From: an uncultured Chloroflexia bacterium | GTDB taxonomy: Bacteria > Chloroflexota > UBA6077 > JACCZL01 | Length of the DNA stretch: 64,000 nt | Assembly: GCA_963765765.1 (NCBI GenBank) | Contig: CAVXYC010000015.1 | Coordinates: 480,001 to 544,000, forward strand | Reading direction: 5' to 3' | In this document: positions 59,971 to 64,000 of the stretch, piece by piece | Layout: each line of letters begins with the position of its first letter | How positions within the stretch are numbered: the first letter of the stretch is position 1 | Position numbers and translations under genes: made by a program | The notes under the pieces: model-generated | Told to the model about the DNA's origin: nothing | What the model saw: the letters and a program-made list of their open reading frames with translations, nothing else | The model's database searches: none

Positions 59971-62465
59971 CTATCGCTGCTGAAGCCGTGGGTCATTGCG
60001 CTGCTGTATGTGCACCCGGACCTGCGACCGCACATCGCCGCTGTTGATGACATCCCCGGAGAACGCGCCCGATTCCCCGTAGACCGAAGTCAACAGGGTG
60101 AACTCGTTGACCGCGGTGCCACCGGTCTGCGACTGGTCGATACCGTTCTCGCCGGTATTCGCACCCGTGGCGAGGTGACCCAGGATCGTCGGAGCGACAA
60201 CCCCGCCATTGAGGACAGCGTTGCTGGAGTTCCCGATATCCCCGCCCGTGGTGACCGGGGCATCGGCGATGATGGTCGTATCGGCGTTTCCGCTGCCTCC
60301 GCCATCTTCGCGTCCATCACCGATCGTCACAGGAGCATTCACCGTGAGCGGGGCACCGGCGCCACCGGTGGCCGTGCCGCCATCGGCGCTCGACGCTATG
60401 GGCCCAGCGGCAACCGAGCCGTTAGTGCTGTTGGCGGTGATGTTGCCGCTATTGCAGCTGCCACTGGTGGCACCGGCGGTGGCGTCGTCGAACGCGACCG
60501 CGAGCGCCGTACTTGGGGCGAGGGCACAGTTCAGATTGCCGGCCAAGGTCGTCGTCGTGTTGGCGCTGATAACCGTAGAGCTGACCGGGGCAAAACCGAT
60601 ATTAGAGCTACTTGCGTCGCCACCGGTGGCACCGGCCGCGAGGACGGTGCTGGAGGCGTTTCCACTGCCATTTCCGCCAAACGTCAACGCGGTCACGTCC
60701 GCGCTGGTGAACGCGTTCGCGTTCAGGCTGCCGCCCTGGGACAGAGCATCAACGGAGGCGATCGCCGTCATGCTCTGGTCGCCCGTGACGTTGCCGCTCC
60801 CGCCGGTCACGATCGCCGCCAGCGGGCTCCCGCTGGTGCCCGCGTTCGCGATCTGCGGAGCAGTCGTGTTTATCGTCGCGGCCACGCCGGTGGATGCGGT
60901 AGTGCCGGGGAGCAGCCCGATGAACGGATTGCCGGCGTTATCCACGATGGCGGTGTTGACACAGCAATTGGCCTGCGTGCCGATGTTGGTGCCATCGGTG
61001 TGCCCGCCCTGCGTGTTCTGCTGGAGACGAGGATCATTCCGCTGCTGCGTATGCACATTAACCTGCGTGCGCACGTCGCCGGAATTCACAACGTTACCCG
61101 AGGTCGCCACCGAGAAACCGGTCGCCTCGACAGCGCCGATCCACGAGTTGACCGCCGTTCCACCAACCTGTGACTGGTTGATGGTATTGCTGCCGGTGTT
61201 ATCGCCGGTGGCAGTGTGACCGGTAATGCGTGGGGAACAGCACTCCGGCGTTGAAGACATCGTTGCTCGAGTTCCCGATGTTGCTGCCGGTAGTTACCGG
61301 CGCCGAGGCCGAGATACTCGTGCTGGCGTTGCCGCTGTCTCCGATATTCGAGACAGGGGCGGTCACCGTGAGGGCAGCGGCATTACCGCCTGTAGCATTG
61401 CCGCCGTCTGCCGAAGTCGTAATTGCGCTGGGTCCGACATTCCCGGTCGTGTTCGTGCTGGACACAGCACCGGAGGTGCAGCCGCCGCTGGTGGCGGTCG
61501 CGCCAGCGTCATCGACGGCAGCCGCGATAGCGGTGCTCGAGGAGCCGAGGCAATTGCCGTTGCCGACGATCTGGGTGTTGAAGTTCGCGCTGCCTACCAG
61601 CGATGTAACACCTGCGATACCGAGGTTAGAACTGGTTGCGTCGCCGCCATCGGCGCCAAGTGCGCCAATGAGGCTGGTCGCGTTCCCGCTGTCGCTCCCA
61701 CCCAGCGTGACCGCCGTCTGATCGGCGCTGGTAGAGGCGTTCGCGTTCCCGGTCCCGCCGGTGGAGATTGCGCTCACCGGGGCCGACGCCAGCCATGGTC
61801 TGGGCGCCATTGATCACGCCGCTGTCGCCAGTGGTAATGAGCGCCGTGCCGCTGCCACTGGTACTGGCATTAGCCGTCTGAGGGCTCGTCGTGTTGATCG
61901 TCAGTGCCACACCCGTGGACAGCGTATCGCCGCCGGTAACGGCGATCCCGGGGTTGCCGATATTGCCAACCAGCGCCGTGTTCGTGCAGCAGGATTCCTG
62001 GCTGCCAATGTTCAACGACGTACTGTTCGGCTTCGGGGCCGGATTAGACGAGGTCGAGACCTCCTGCGTGGTCTGCTTCAAGGTCGGGGCTGTAGAGATC
62101 GTCGGTGCGCTGATGGTCGTGGTCGCCGGCTGCGTCGTGGTCGGCGCGCTTATTGTCGGCGCACTAAGTGTCGTACTCGTCTGCTTGGTTGGTGAGGTTG
62201 ATGTCGTACTCGTCTGCTTGGTTGGCGAGGTTGATGTTGATACAGTCGGCGAGTTCGAGGCCGTTGATATGGTCGGCGAGCTCGATGTCGTGGTCGTCTG
62301 CTTGGTAGGGGATGTTGACGTCGATGTGGTCGTCTGCTTGGTAGTTGGCTTATTGGGCGCACCGATGACGGTGATTGGCAACAGGAGGGACAGGACGAGC
62401 CCGCCACCCACTAGACCAACCACAGTCCGGCGCACGAGCTGGCCCGTATCCAGTGGCATTGACAT
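59971..62465 (-). CDS. Secreted two-repeat Gly/Asn/Thr/Ala-rich protein (frameshifts near 61790 and 61230)
   Basis: GGAGGT RBS, signal peptide, PTKQT linker, then two ~335-aa homologous repeats (NIGxQxxCCxNTA ... QQRNDPRLQQ). Confidence 0.8.
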
Positions 62466-62992
62466 CAAAACCTCCAGCGAATTTCTCGGATCAGAGTGAC
62501 CGAGGCAGAACAACGTGCCCATGATCGCTCATCCGAATGCGGAATGCAATCCCCCATTAGGATGTATTAAAGACGTATTAATCGTCACCTCTCACCGCCG
62601 GGTTCGGTCTCCTGCAATCCGCTACCAGGCGGCTCGGATTCAGCGTGGCGGCCCACTTCCGTACGCGCTTGCTTGGTGGGAGGTCAGGGACGGTCGCGCT
62701 AAATCGCCCACAGACCAGGTCTCGAACTCTGGTACGGAGCGCGCGATCTTGGCCACAGTAAACGGGCACCATGAGAGACGGTCATACTTACCCTTCCGCG
62801 GCCGCCACGTTACTGGACCTTCGTTAAAGTCGGGTTGAGAAATGGTTAAGAACGGGTTCAGAACGTGCCGCCTCAAGCAGACAGATTTGCCAGTGTGCGC
62901 CGCGACGCGCCCGGACCCGTACGCCAGCATCTGGCTGAGCGCGCCATGCGAGGTGACCGGTCGCGCAGGCTATACTGCACGGCGAGTCAAGC

Positions 62993-64000
62993 ATGAGCCA
63001 GACGGGGCGGCCGGGCGATCGGTCCATGGAAACCGGAGAGCGACAAGCCGATATCGCGGGACCGGGAGGGCTGGCCGACGACATGGGTCTGCCCGCTTCG
63101 GACCGTGACGGTCACCTGGTGGAGCTGTCCGTAAGCTGGGCGGTGCCCAACGGCGCAGAAGGCGATCACGGCAAATCGGATGACGCACGTCTCGCTGAGC
63201 ACGTCGCCTGCTATGCGTTGGGGCTCTCGCACGAGCTGACCCGGGCGGGGCACCCGCCTGTACGCCTCAACGTTCGCCTTCTGTCGTCGCCGGCCCAGGG
63301 TGGCAGCGGTGCTGAGCGGAGCGCGATTGATCTCGAGGTCTGCGCCGAGCTGCCCAAGCTCGACCAGCGTAGCTTCAGTGCGCTGGCAGCCTCCGACGAA
63401 CTGGGCTGCCCCACCTGGAAGGCACTTACCGGTGCCCTTGATCTCCGCCCGCGGGCCATGCTCTTGACCGGGCCGTCAGCCGAGTCGACGAGTCCCGATT
63501 CCTCCACCCTGCCGGCAGCTTCGTCCTCTACATGGACCAACCTCGCAACCACCGCACCGGAGACGCGGCAGCCTCCGAGCGCTCCAACATCGGCCGACGC
63601 GGCACAGGTCGAAACAGCAGCGTTCTCGGCTTCAGCCTCGTCTCCGGCTTTTCAGACACACCTCGCCAGTGGGCAGAACACCGTCCTCGCACCGGACGGG
63701 CGGTGTTATGGGAGCTCATCCAGGCCGCTCTGCTGTCGCTGGTTGTATTTCTCGCCGTCCAATCGGTCATTCAGAACTTCCGGGTCGAGGGCCCTAGCAT
63801 GGAGCCCAGCTTCGAGCCCGACCAGAGTCTCCTGGTCCTTAAGGCGGCCTACTTCCATATCGATGGAACGCCACTCCAGGGACGACTGCCGACGACGCCA
63901 CAGGGCTCGATCGACTACATCTTCGGCGGCCCCCAGCGGGGTGATTCGGCGGTGTTCCATGCGCCCACCGTACGCAACACGGACTACGTGAAGCGGATTA
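62993..64000 (+). CDS. lepB: Signal peptidase I with N-terminal OsmC/Ohr-like domain (probable frameshift 63500-63660; runs off the window)
   Basis: Frame 2: VACYALGLSHEL...GCPTWKAL (OsmC-like). Frame 1: TM WELIQAALLSLVVFLAVQ, NFRVEGPSMEPS (Ser), PQRGD..VF, DYVKRI (Lys). Confidence 0.8.

Noticed and set aside
57616-62499. Long plus-strand Val-rich ORFs (57616-59103, 60209-61219, 61891-62499)
   Set aside because: Antisense shadows of the Thr/Ser-rich minus-strand genes.
62860-62900. GGCAAA on the minus strand as a possible c-di-GMP-I riboswitch upstream of the secreted cluster
   Set aside because: Lacks the GNRA loop and downstream GACGCAAA consensus.
12719-64000. Many frameshifted genes (VanZ x2, PPIase, mutM2, TctC, MmgE2, TPR, repeat proteins) read as pseudogenes or programmed frameshifts
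   Set aside because: The single-base indels are scattered, often near homopolymers, with intact motifs on both sides. This fits long-read consensus error and cannot be resolved without reads.

Overview
GC-rich bacterial chromosome segment, most likely Chloroflexota (inferred from gene content: Tat-lipoprotein TctC and cyclophilin, LLM-F420 enzyme, LigXa/phthalate-type Rieske oxygenase, RimI with an insertion). Many otherwise intact genes carry single-base frameshifts, which suggests an unpolished long-read assembly. Layout: (1) 1-13.6 kb surface polysaccharide locus (7 GT4s, flippases, WecA/MraY fusion, epimerase, 2 VanZ). (2) 13.6-20.4 kb mixed genes, including a hidden selenoprotein (thioredoxin/PDO family, UPYC motif with a SECIS-like hairpin) next to a Tat-lipoprotein cyclophilin. 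(3) thiL-tsaE-tsaB-rimI-polA-mutM-mutM operon. (4) M16 peptidase and an intact IS66-family element with terminal IRs and an 8-bp TSD. (5) Aromatic Rieske oxygenase/dehydrogenase, LLM, DUF1501/DUF1800, pspA, pfk, pfpI, otsA/otsB. (6) tRNA-Asn followed by a ~7.8-kb island bounded by direct repeats (LysR, TctC, two MmgE/PrpD genes plus a decayed third) and a truncated serine recombinase. (7) 54.6-64 kb: an unannotated cluster of four secreted proteins (a two-repeat Cys/Asn/Gly-rich protein, a small exported protein, a giant Ser/Thr-rich repeat protein with a VPEA membrane tail, and a TPR protein), divergent from an apparent OsmC-signal peptidase I fusion. This last cluster is the best candidate for an undescribed system, possibly a surface fibre or matrix.
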